A DNA stretch of 53,031 nucleotides, filler included, from Trypethelium eluteriae (Eukaryota), in NCBI GenBank assembly GCA_051942245.1. It is 2 parts of 2 records of this genome, joined end to end, with 100 filler letters (N's around TTAATTAATTAA, not from the genome) between each part and the next. Parts side by side here need not be neighbours in the genome. Positions count along the whole stretch, not along the records: positions 1 to 26,527 come from JAVECL010000352.1; 1 more part is not named here. One strand, written 5' to 3'. The notes under the pieces are model-generated. The model did not search any database, was not told the DNA's origin, and saw nothing but the letters and a program-made list of their open reading frames with translations. Made by a program: the position numbers and the translations under genes. Within the stretch, counting starts at the first letter, position 1. Each line of letters starts with the position of its first letter. Positions 10,956-22,860 of the stretch are shown here, piece by piece.

Positions 10956-13094
10956 AGAATTGAGGAGGGAGGAGAGATTGGAATTCGCCCGCCGCGGTAA
11001 GCCAAGTCGCTGCCTTCGATAAGTCCTGTCTCGTGAACCCCGTAGGAAGAGGTGGAATTCGACGCGGAATGAGGTAGTATTGGCTAAGACTGAAATGAAT
11101 CCAGGTAGTCGGTACTATGATGGATGGTAGGTAATATTATCACTAGCGATTAGCATCCAATTGTGGAAAATAGTCTTGAGTCATGAAGGTGAAGATATGC
11201 TTTATACCTAGACTGTGTGGAGCGCCAGCTCGCTGGGCAAAATTACAGCCCCCGAATTAGTCCACGTACACCCGTAAAAGATAATCATACCGGGCAAGCG
11301 CTTTGTAGCGAGAGTGGCCCCAGGAAAGTGATCCAAACCGTCAGCGACTGCTGAGAGGCGTGTTGGGCGATTCATGTCTGAGGCGAAAATTGAGGGAGCT
11401 CGGTGGCGAGAATCATGTCCGGCCATGTTAGGCGTATTGTAATTTGACGAACCAGAAGACATATAGAACGCTAAGACTTGTGACAGGTCCAGTGGACACC
11501 GGGGGACCTACACTACGGCCCGGCCTTCCGTGAAGATGTTCCAGTTGGGGAAGAGCATGTCTGGCTCACCGCCGCCGCATCCGCAAAGAACGACATCAGG
11601 AAGAAGTGGGCCACATCATGCTGCTTTCTAGCGACGAGACTGACGGTCTCATGGGCACTAAGATCAGACAATGGGACTGTAAAGGAGATCCAGAGATCTC
11701 ATTACGCATGAATCCACGAGCACAAACCCGATTGAGAACAGAGAGCGCCTTGAAGCTGAGACTAGAGAGTAGGAAGCACTAGAAAGAAGAAGCGAAGGGC
11801 CGGCAGAATGGCCGGGAAGAAGATCAACGCGTGAAAGGTGACGCGATGGTTGGGACGAAACAGTAGTGGTTGGAGGTGGTTCTGTGGAGGATACCAGACG
11901 CTCAGGTGACTCACTAAACATGCGCGGCGGGCCTGGTTGCCTGTCGTGAAACTTTTGCGAACAGGGGGAGGCAAGCGTCTAATAATGGCTACATTGAACC
12001 CTATCACCAGCAGCATCAAGACGTGCGACCTGATAAGTTCACATCTTCAATCGTACCGGGATCATGACTGCGCTAGGAAAGTTGAGTGCGTAGAACGTAA
12101 TATGAATGTCGGAATGAAGCTCTATGAGGTGGAATAGTCTGAATTCGAGAGCGTGCATTTTCCTGAAAAGAGTCTAGTGGTGAAAGCGAATGAGCGCTAG
12201 GAAAGGCGGATATGAGATACAACAGAGGCAAACCCTCTTGACGGACGAGGTATGACGACCGAAAGGCGGACTTGAAGGCCGGCAGCAGTGGCGACTATCA
12301 TGGAAAGACATGTGCCCAAACAACCAACTTATGCTGAAAGCTGGGCTGTGAAGTAGTTTTTTGCCCATGCCCTTGGTGCTCCAGGCGAGGTTGTTACGGG
12401 CGAGCCTGAAGAACTTGCCCAGGCGCACCAAAAGGCTCTCCTCCTTACCTACCCTTTGAGCCTTGACGAGCGAGCTCACTTACAATTTGATGCCAAGTAG
12501 CTGGCGTTCAACGTGTCTCTGCCGTTGGGACTAGCCCTGTCGGAATGCCCCGATGAGGCGTTAGAGGCCACGACCGTTGACGGGATGTCGCTACATGCTA
12601 CAGCAACGTGACGTTTATATTGCCTTGGTCGCCTTGTTGCCTAATCAATGCTAATAGTCGGTCACGACAATAGCGTCCCCGGGCTTTTGCCAGTTCATGA
12701 TACACGGAAGCAGGTGGTCGATGGATAGGCGGCAGCAATGGGTCGAAGCTGTGCCTTGCTCAGCATTTCAAATGACGGACAGCGGAGGAAGTGATGGAGT
12801 TGGAAGAGCGGAGTAGGGAAGGTACGGAGTAACAATGGGACGGACCGAACTCAGGCTCTTCGGGTTATGTAAGCTGACAGCCCGAGCGCTGGTGAGCGGG
12901 ACATAATCAAAGGCATCGACCCTCTTCTGACCGAGCTGGCCTCAAGCTCGGGAGCGATTTCCTATGTCTACCTATCCAAAGACATGTCTCGGCGCAAAAT
13001 CGAGCTCAATAGGGTAAATATGCTTATCCATTTCTGGCTGCTGTGAGCTGTGCTTCTGCTGCTTTCTAGCCGACAACGGGTTGCCTCCTGGATC

Positions 13095-14671
13095 ATGCAG
13101 GCTGTAAGAGACGAGCTGGCCGCGCGCCGGAAGATACAAGTGAATAATGCAGCCGCTCGCTTCATTCCAGTCTTCCTAATAGGGATCGTCGGCTATGTCA
13201 CCTGGGTTGTCGCTGTCCTCATCTCCGGTCAGAAGCAATTCGATCGTTCGAGAGTGAATGGCTAACAGACCTAGTCCACTTCTACCTCGATCCTTCTCAG
13301 GGCTCCGCGCGGAATGGTGCAGGAATTACTATTCTTGTTCTTCACTTTCTGCTATTGGCCTTCCTCGCGCTGAACTACTTCCGCCTCTTCCATGTGTTGT
13401 TCACGAACAACGGGTTTGTACCCCATCGCGGACAGAAACCCTCTTCGAAATCGGAGGCAAATTTAGAAACTCAGACCTACCACAGGTCATGCGCGCCTAC
13501 AGCGACAGCACGTCAATCAGAAGGCCCAGACCACGGAAAGACTTTCCTCGACTTCGCATCAATACTAGATGGCACCAAACCTCCCCCACCCGGCACGGAA
13601 GAATTCTATAGCCGCGACATCTTTGTTTGTGATGCTCAAGGTTTGCCGATCTGGTGCCCTACCTGCGCAAATTGGAAGCCTGATAGGACACACCATTGCA
13701 GCGACGTAGGTCGCTGTGTCAGAAAATTGGATCATTTCTGTCCCTGGTAAGACCGACGGACCTCCCCTTCCGACGGACAAGACTAACAGGACCTGACTTT
13801 AAGGGTTGGCGGTGTAGTCTCAGAGACAAACTTCAAATTTTTCATCCAGTTCAACCTATTCGCTGCCATTTTTTCGACTTATGTCCTTATCGTTTGCGCT
13901 TATAGTTTTGCAGACAACAAACGTCTAGTAAGCACCCATTCCGTCCTTCGGTCCCGCCGGTTACATGCCCAGAATGTGCTTTTTGCTCTTGCAAGACTAC
14001 CTTTGGCAATTGTGCTTCTCGATTCGTACGGATGAGGTGAGAGCTGACAAGTGGATCTAGCATCACCCTACGAATACTTTTTGGGTCGTAGCATTGGGAC
14101 TGTAAGATTACGCGTTCTAGTTTCTTGAAGCGCTGCTCACCAGGATAGGAGCGCCTTTTTCGCCTTTTTCACTTTCGGAATGTTCCTCAATAGTACTCAT
14201 CTCGCAATGAAGAATTTGACGACTGTCGAAGCCATTGACAAACGCCATCGGACATACTTCCTGGCCATTGCCCTTTCCAGACAGCCTGAAGAGTCGCTGT
14301 CTTCTACTACAACACCGTCGCAAGTACAGACCATCACCTATCCACTTTTCCCAAAAAGTTCCACCAATAGTTCACCAGAAAATAATGAAAAGAATATGGA
14401 GAGTACACGGTCTCAGTCGAAAACGTTCGCAATCATTCAGACAAGCCCGGGCGATAATCCTTGGGACCTTGGCCCCTATGAAAACTTCAAGAATGTAATG
14501 GGCGATCGATGGTGGGACTGGCTACTACCATTGAGGTACAGCCCGTTATGCGACCACAAGAGCAGCATTAGCGAATTCCCTTTTGGCCCTGTTGTAGACA
14601 GTCTAAAGAAAGAGTATGGGATGATTCCGGCGGGTTCGACAGTACGCACAAGAAGGAGACGGCGGACCTAA
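13095..14671 (+). CDS. PFA5: DHHC-family palmitoyltransferase, Pfa5-like, ~430 aa, 5 exons
   Basis: Exons 13095-13227, 13275-13746, 13804-13927, 14061-14101 and 14149-14671 join in frame. Cys-rich domain [46 protein letters not shown] helices, TTxE motif (LTTVE) and NPWDLG..N...VMG motif. An alternative upstream start at 12964 with intron 13014-13069 is also in frame. Confidence 0.88.
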
Positions 14672-15122
14672 TCAAGGAGATTCATCGACAAATGAGATTT
14701 GTGATTATAGAGCACAATCGCCTTCGCAATGGCTGGCAATCACATGGCAAAAATCGGAATGAGCGAGTCAAAGAATGTCAAAAAGTTCCATTCGAAAGTC
14801 CTTACATCAATACTCTGCTTCCGAGATTTGCCGTCGAAACCCCAAAAGGTTCAAGAGCAAGGTACTTACCAAACGAGTGTTCTGAACCATTGGAGACATA
14901 ACTGTAGTACGTTAGACGATTCTTTGTGTAGAAATCTAGGCTTGTCCACTGACCAGATCCAGAATAAACCTAGCACCCAAAGCACCAGTAATGTTCCTGA
15001 CAAACACACCACCCATCGCGAAGAGCGGGATTGTTGGATTACCGTCATCCGCATCACGCCCAGAATCCATTGACCGACGATCTCGCCAGAGCTGTTGTCT
15101 AGTTCGTGATGCCATTGCTCCA

Positions 15123-15314
15123 CTAACAACGACCACCTGACGTGCCGGAGTCCGCTTGGGTGTTCATTTTCGATCGGCGAGGGACAGGAGGCCGACAGGC
15201 CGAGCAGCGCTGATGTCCACAGGCCGAGCAGAACCATTTGGCCGTCGCTTCTAGATTCGAAGATTTGCAATAAGACACGCAGCAAGTCCAAACGTCGCTT
15301 GCAGCGTTGGGCAT
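15123..15314 (-). CDS. 63-aa microprotein with one Cys/His putative double-zinc motif
   Basis: MPNAASDVWTCCVSYCKSSNLEATAKWFCSACGHQRCSACRPP... The ATG at 15314 has a good context (tcaaccATG), TATAAAA lies at 15407-15413 on the minus strand, and the motif matches the gene at 10425-10955. Confidence 0.65.
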   Translation of the reverse strand: MPNAASDVWTCCVSYCKSSNLEATAKWFCSACGHQRCSACRPPVPRRSKMNTQADSGTSGGRC

Positions 15315-16569
15315 GGTTGATGTTCTTAGCAATGAAGAATATTAAAATGTTTGGTGATCGTGTACACAGTCTTGTGCTGTACGAAACCTCCATGGCTTTC
15401 ATGAACTTTTATATTTTGAGTGAAAGTAAGAGGTTAGCAGTGGGCAACAGCAGCGTGATAGTTCGCCCAAGTGCCTTGGATTGGAACTTCATTGACCGGA
15501 ACTTCATTGACCCAGGATTGAATTGTGAGGCGTGAGTACACTGGACAGCATAGACTGGCAAAACTTCAAGCCAGGCGTTCGTGGATGCAGCGGTCAGTGG
15601 GAGGAAATCTTGCTTCGAGTATCAGACAGTATAGAACTTCCAGTAGCCCTCGTCTTGCCTGTCGGGATGGCGGTGTACTCTTCCTCGGCGAAAGACGCGG
15701 TCTGAAGGGCGTGGGTTCTTCCATTTTCGATCTCCCCATCGTCATATCACGTCCAGCAGGCGTCTGACCTTGTTGTTGATGCCCTCAGAAGCTTCCAGCA
15801 TTCGTTGAGCTTGCACAGCCCCTAAATGTGTATTGCTATTGTATTTATCCGGAGAGCCAGGCGTGAATGGATGACTTGTAGCCTTTTCATGTTGCTCCCT
15901 ATGCCTTGAAAGCAGTCTTCCAGCATTCGGAACAATGAGGGAACAAAATCCAATGATGATCCATTCAGACGTGATAACGAGCTAGCTGCTGCTTACTTAT
16001 ACGCCCTGGAACCAGGCATAGCCACAGTAGATATGGCAGCAACATGTTATCATCCCGAAATTCTCAAAATTAAGCGAATAGGGAGGCAAGATCCGAGTGA
16101 GATTTGACATTTGACTAGACATTGAAGGCGAATTGGGGACCTTGGGGTTGGTCCAGATAGGCAATAGGGATTCACGTATTCGGGCGTACCGCCTCATCAT
16201 GGATACCGCTCCGTCCGGACATCCACGCGAGACGGAGAACACATTGCCTGGAATGGATCAGCTCTTCACCGATATGTGCTAGACGCTCTACAATTCGATT
16301 ATGACGTAATCACCATGAATGATAATGCTCCGTTGAAGCAATGCCTTAACTGTACATGTCAACCGTGAAAATCATGTCATCACCCCAAAGGCACCGTACC
16401 ATCATTTCATATCCTAGAGCCTCAGTGACAGGACCAGGCTCACTCTACCCGAAAGATGCGCCTTCCAAATCCAGATCAATCCACCAGAGCCTGAATGATG
16501 TACAAATCCCCTCCAGATGCCGCGGGACGGATAGATAGATGCTCACCGGAATCGAAAAAAGGACCAAAA

Positions 16570-19500
16570 TCAATCACGCTGCCCCTCATTCAGCAACAAC
16601 TCGACGACGATCTGCGTCCGCTCCAACTCCGGATGCTGCATCACCATCTTCACCGTCCGGCTGACCGACCCCCCCGCCATACTCCCATCATCCAGCATCT
16701 TGACCTCGCGACCCGCAATGACCTGTCTGAGGCGCCCATTCTGGGCATTGCGAATCTCGACAAAGTCGGGGTCGAACAGCAGGATATAGGGGCCGTAGAG
16801 CGCGGCGCTCTTGGCTTTCCCGACAAACTCCATGATGACGCTGCGGCTGATGTCGCCGTGCTTGTTGACGTACACCGCGCACTCCTCGTAGCACAGCACG
16901 AACTCCGAGTCCGACAGCCGGAACATGCCGAGCGGGTCCTGGCCCTGCAGGCGCTGCGCGATGGTCGCGACCGCCTGCTGCTTGAGCTCCGGCACCGACC
17001 ACGGCTGCTTCTTGTCGAGGGTGAGGACTTCGAAGCCCTTGGAGGTGCAGACGGCGAGGGAGGAGTGGAAGAGGTTGATGCCGTAGCAGTCGGTGGGGAT
17101 GTAGAATTCGTCGTAGTCGCGGAAGAACTCGGTGGTGCCGCGCTTGAACATGCGCGATTTTTTCTCCGTCGCTTTCTGGTAGACGGGCTCGAGCACCTTG
17201 AAGGTGGAGGAGAGGCCTTCGCGCTTTTTGTAGAAGACGAGTGAGCGGTCTTTCATCTTGCCCGTGGCGAAGAATCCGACGTCGCGCGAGCCTGAGAGCT
17301 TTTGGGGCGCTTTTCGAGACGATTCGTCCCGAGAGCCGACGCCGGCGGTGGGACACACAACGTCGAGATGATAAGCTATTAAAGATTTGTCGGCGATGAG
17401 AAGGAATAGGCTGAACTCTTCTAGCACCGCGATCTGAGTGACTCTTGATACTGATATAGCCTGAAGAGCAAGTTAGCAGTTGTTAATGATTGCAAAAGTG
17501 ATGCAACTTACCCTTGACCAGCCTCGTGGGTTGCCCATCTCCGATATATAGACGCCGTAGTCAGTTCCAACAGCAATCATCTCCTTACCAGGATATGGCT
17601 GGCTGAAAGCCGTAGCACAATTGACTTTGGCCCTACATATCGGCGAAGGGCGACCAGTATTTGCGAATTGTCGTTCCACATTTTGAATGGCGCGATCTAA
17701 CGGTGTGCCTTTGATAGTGATGCTCGTCGGCCCAGAAGACATAGAGTCGTATGCAAATGCAGAGTCTGCCATGACGCGGAGCCTGAATGGCTCTGCATTT
17801 TGTGCATAGAGGGCATTCGCGTGTTTGGTCTTTGCTTCAATGATCTTTTCGGCCCATTCCGATCTATTTTGTGCGCTCGGCGCGTAGAGCGTGTACGTAT
17901 CCTTCCCAAGATGTTTGATGCGGAACGGATACAGGATCTTCTCGTCCTTAGGGTTCTCCAGAACTGTATTGGGCACGAGGGTGCTGCCAGAGCCGTTGGT
18001 GGTTATCTGAGTGAGAGAGGAGCTGGTATTCGAATGAGTCAGCGTTCCTGGTCCCGGACTTTGATTTGAACTCGTCCTTCCAGAAGACTCGATCGGCTGA
18101 CCAGACTTCGCAACTGTTGTTACCGCTGCAATGCCTCTGGATTTCACTACAGCAGGATCATTCGCACTTTCAAGAGCCAAAAGATCCATAGGTATAGGCT
18201 AGGTACTAGTTAGCATTTGGAGGCTAAAGAAAACGGATTCTGACAAATCTTACCGAGCGAGACACATCATATTGCTCGTATTTTAGGCCACCGGCGGAGT
18301 CCCGCTGGGTGACAGTCTTAGCGAGGACTAAGTAGTGATCGAAGAGGAGGGCATGGGTTTCTAGCCATGTGAAACGGTTTGCACCTGTCCTTTGGAGATC
18401 GCCCTTAAATATCAATTCCCGGCCGAGATGGTTCAAATTAAGCTCAACTTTTTGCATGCCGGATCGTAACCGCAGTTTCGAGCTCAGATCAGCCAGTTCC
18501 ACTTTCCTCGACATTTCGGCAACACGTGCATCACAATCCAATGTTACAGCTTTAATCTCATCGATGGCGGTTTGTAAGTTGGACTTTTCCTCAGAATCTT
18601 GAATCATGTTCTTGTAGACCGTGGAAAGTAGCAATCCGTATCGCTGGAGTCTTGTGATCGGCGCTTTTAGATAGGTATCCCAACCCAGCTTGTTTGACAT
18701 TTTTTGGGACCTCGCCTGGTCAAGAAATGATCGGAAGAGCATATTGCGCTCAGCTTCTTGACGAACAAGGAAATTGGCGTTTGGAAAAGACGCAGCATAA
18801 TCGAGGTAGGCATTCTTTGCCTTACGTATCCATTCCCTGAAAATATCACTGAATCCAACAATCCAGGGCCCTTGCTCTTGTTGTCGATACTTCAATTGGG
18901 CCAACAGATAATCTTCATTGGCTTTTTTGACCGGATCAACTCGACCAAAGACATCCCGTAAGAAAGAGCTCGTTCGCTGTGGTCCTATCACAGGTGGCTG
19001 AGCCTTGGCCAAGGCATCCCTGTAGAGTACGCGCAGCACATTTAGTTGATCCATAAAGCCATCCTCTGTTTGCACGATCTCATGCAGTATATTTTGGCGT
19101 TCGATCTCTTTCTTGTGGATGCCTTCGACGTCTTCCTTCTTAAGTTGATAGAACGTTGCCCAGTCCTCGCTTTGACGTTGCGGTTGTGTTTGTAGATCGA
19201 CTTTCTTCAAGGTTCGCTGGCAGTGGTATGAGTAACATCTGCCCCTGATCAACGTATTATGAAGAAGTGAAGCATAACAGCCTTGTCCAGTGAGTTGGTA
19301 CAGGACACCAGTCATGCTCGACTGGCCAAACTTTAGCCATTCCTCTTCCTGAACGAGAACCCCGGCCTTGTACATTTCCTGCACTAGCCGAGCGCTGAGT
19401 GTTTCGGCGTCTGCGATGTTCATAGTGGGAACCTTGAATGTGAAGAGAGCCACCAAACCGTCCACGATGATTGGCTCTCGAAGGTCGGCCTCGCCCTCGG

Positions 19501-21847
19501 CCATTGATCGTAGCCAGGAAATGATTGAGCTTAAAGCCCACGGCTCAAGACATTTTTTGAAGTCGTTGGGTCCTAACTTGGAAGGGTTGAAGCGCTTGCC
19601 AGAGGGTAGCGCGGGTAGATCGAGCGCTACTGCGCTTGCACTGGGAGGCGTTGAAGGATCATAACCCGAATAAACAGATGAGCGCACTCCTGGCTGTCGC
19701 AGTCGACGCTCTTCTGCATCGGTCTTGGAACGTATAGGCTGGTTAACCTGGGGAGTATTGCTATGATTGAGAAGTGATGTGGATCGAGGAACGAGAGTGC
19801 TTGCAGTGCTCAGCCGATCGCTATTCTCTGGACTCAATGGCGAAAATCGGTTATATGGATGGGTCTCTCCAGCAGGGGGCGGAGGCAAAGGACGATGCGG
19901 AGATAGTCCGGGAGAGAAAAACATATCAGGCAATTCGCTGGTACCGCTGGTTGGGACGGAGCCTTCTGCCGGATCGTACATGGAAGCTTCGTCGCCTTCG
20001 TCGTAGCTTAGTCGCCGCCGATTTTGGACACTAGGCTCTTCCAAACCACCAGTGCCAAAGGCGTCAACTCTGGCAGCAGTAGAGAAAGGAGGGAAAGGGT
20101 GAATAGAGTTGTCCATGTAATCTCCTTTGGCTTCGTGATCGTTGGACTGCCGCATAGATCCTGTTGATGATGCTGGCTGGCTCAAGCTTCCGCTTGTCGT
20201 CGGTTCTCCATGAGCGGCTACCAAAGCAGAAGGGTCACCACCATATGACAGATTGCCTTCATAGCCTCCTCCAAGAGTACTCATGTCAACAGCCAGATAA
20301 TCGCTGCCATCGCTGTATTTGCCATCGCTGTATTCGCCAGCACCGAGTCGATTGGAGGCCTGTTGTGATGAATAGCTTGTGAACAACCCCGATCCACCAC
20401 TTCTTCGCCTAAGTTCGTCGGCAGCATCTTGTTCATCAGCCATCCTTAGTGCCTCCACACCCGCCGCGGCTTCCATGTCGCTCTCATCACTGTACTCTTG
20501 CCGATGCCCACGGGAAGCGTCGGGTGTGAGGTGCCCATTTCCCGTAGCGCCATTGCGCGGATCGTGGGCTCTCGGGTCGCCTTGCGAGAACAAGGGTCTC
20601 GGCTCGTCATGATTACCATATTGAGGCTCGTCAACTTCGATCCGAGGACTGCGCTGATTGTACGGCAACCGTTGTGGCCTCTCTGCTCCAGAGAGTGCAT
20701 TCTCAACTTGGCTAAAAAGATCCTCTTGTGCAATCTCCTCCTCTGTACGGTTCCTTCCGTCGTGACCATTTGTCCGTCTTGGATTATATTCGTCTGCAAG
20801 GTTTTCTTCATCGCTATCCGATTCTATAGGCAGCCCAGGAAGAGGTCGTTCCTGAGGGTACCGGTTCAAGGTATTTGTGCGTTGAGGGGAGTGTTGATGA
20901 GGAGGAGGAGCAGGCGCCGAAGGGAATGGATCGGGTTGGTCAATGAAAGGGGAAGGTGTCTGCCTTTCCGAGATGGGTAGAGAGCCATGCCGATAGCCAT
21001 ATTCCTGTGGACCTGGGGGAGAAGGTAGATTACGCTGCTCGGGCATGGCCACATGCGAGCTTTGAGGGAAAGCTTGATACGACGATGTTGAGGGAGGCTG
21101 GGAAGCAGTGGGCATTGCCCAATCTTCCGAAGGATAAGGAGGATTTGATGCGGCAGATGTCGACTGAGAGGGAGGCGGAAAGGCCGAAGGTCGAGGAGGT
21201 AATGCAGGCGCAGAACTGGGCTGATTTGGAAAGGCAGTTGGCGGAGTTCCGGGCCCATGTTGGTAGGGAGAGGCTCGCACATCGCTGACGAGTGAGTGCT
21301 GGGATAGCGCAGGAGAAGCTTGATTAGGAGGAGGCGAGGGGTATGTCGCCGTTCTGTAGGGGTTTTGGTGGTGATTTTGCGACGGGGTGGGTTGATAAGC
21401 CGCGGGGTTGTAAGGCTGCGGCGTAGATTGACTGTGGCCTCGATGAGACGGCGCATAGGCCTGATGATTATATTGTCCAGACGACTGCGCGTAATTCTGA
21501 GGATTGTAAGGCTGATGATTCGAAGTCGGCGATTGAAATTGTGATAACGTAGGTGACATTGGCCCACCAGGCATGGCTTGCGAAGCTTGACCTGGTGGCA
21601 TACCCGGAGCTCCATAGACGGCTTGTTCGCGATGATTTCCAGTGCTCTGAGTGAACGCGCCGTAGTTTTGTTGATAGGACGCTCCAGCATGTTGGCTCCC
21701 TGCGTTGTTCATGCTGGCTTCGTAGCCTTGGTGTGGGCTTCCTGCATTACTGTATCCACCAATTCTTCTTCCATACTGATCCACGTATTGGTTGTCTTGG
21801 CGATTCGCATTGCCATAATATTGCTGACCATTGTTATTGTATGCCAT
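16570..21847 (-). CDS. RGF3: Rho1 guanine nucleotide exchange factor (Rgf3/Tus1-like; DH-PH-CNH), ~1723 aa, 3 exons
   Basis: Exons 21847-18254, 18198-17512 and 17460-16570 join in frame. DH domain (EIERQNILHEIVQTEDGFMDQL...LKAPITRLQRYGLLL), PH domain (LLFDHYLVLAK...YTLYAPSAQNRSEW) and CNH domain (FVEIRNAQNGRLRQVI). Long Pro/Gln/Ser-rich N-terminus. Rgf3/Tus1 rather than Rom2 is judged from memory of the DH sequence. Confidence 0.9.
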
Positions 21848-22860
21848 GCCTGCAGCAGGCCTCTTATTCGTTCGAGAGGTCGAAGACTAGCGACGATGTG
21901 TTTGCGCTGCAACCCAATTATTCGGCACCGAGATTGAAGTACGAAGCGTTGGCTCTGGATGCGACCGGCGTAGCGATGCTTCTCCACTGTGGACTCATGA
22001 AGGCCGATGCTCAATCAATCTGATGATGATCATAGAATTGTCGTTTAAGGCCAGCTTTGGAGTGCATCACTTTCCGTCGAGGATGGTGTTGCACCTCTCG
22101 AGGTCGAGTCGCGTATCATCAGATTGCAGACCGAACAAGGTGGAAGTCATGTAATGGCGCAAATGCAATGGATAGCGTAGTCTAATTGAAAGATGGAAGA
22201 AGGTGGGGTGATGGTGGGCATCACTCGTAACCGTAATACCGGTGATACGATACTCGTCGGTAGAGCACTGTGGCGCAAACAACTGAGGCTGACAAAACCG
22301 AAACTCTGGCTGCCATCATCACTACTCTGGTTCATATTCTCTACATCTTCAAGCCCAGCTTCAGCTTTGTATCCGGACAACAGGGAGGCAAAATTGCATG
22401 TTTATCTACAGCCGATACATTCGCTAATTCGGTGGTCTTCGCGTTCTATCCCTTGACCAATTGTAGCCATAATCAACCTTGAAACGTCTGCGCATAAGTC
22501 CACATTTCATGAGACACCTTTGCAGTCTTCCTTGGTGTCATCATCCCTGAACGCCATTAGTAAGGTTTGCGCCTTGCCAAATTCCCCGCAGGTACAGTAC
22601 ATGGTACCTACTTTTGCAGTGTGGGGATAACCATCTCCTCGGCCGATGATCCCGAGTTTGCCGCAGTTCAGTTATCAAAGAGTTGTACATTTCGTCATTT
22701 ATGTAGGCCGTATCCCATTCAGCAATCCGTTGTATCGTTCACATCCTTCTTCTTCCCTACGTAGAACACCTATCTACTCATATCTACCATCGTAATCTGT
22801 CAAGCCGCTCTCATCTTCAATTAGCTAAAATCCAGAGCCTTATCGCCAACATCCCAAGCC

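Noticed and set aside
13729..13746. DHFC instead of DHHC as a sign of an inactive enzyme
   Set aside because: The third position varies in the Pfa5/Akr1 lineages (DHYC/DHFC) and the catalytic Cys is intact.
16495..17356. 249-aa antisense and 222-aa alternative-frame ORFs over the CNH domain
   Set aside because: Shadow ORFs caused by very high GC3 in the RhoGEF last exon.
20866..21690. 274-aa alternative-frame ORF inside the RhoGEF N-terminus
   Set aside because: Overlaps low-complexity coding sequence, has an Arg/Leu/Ile-biased translation, and shows no domain.
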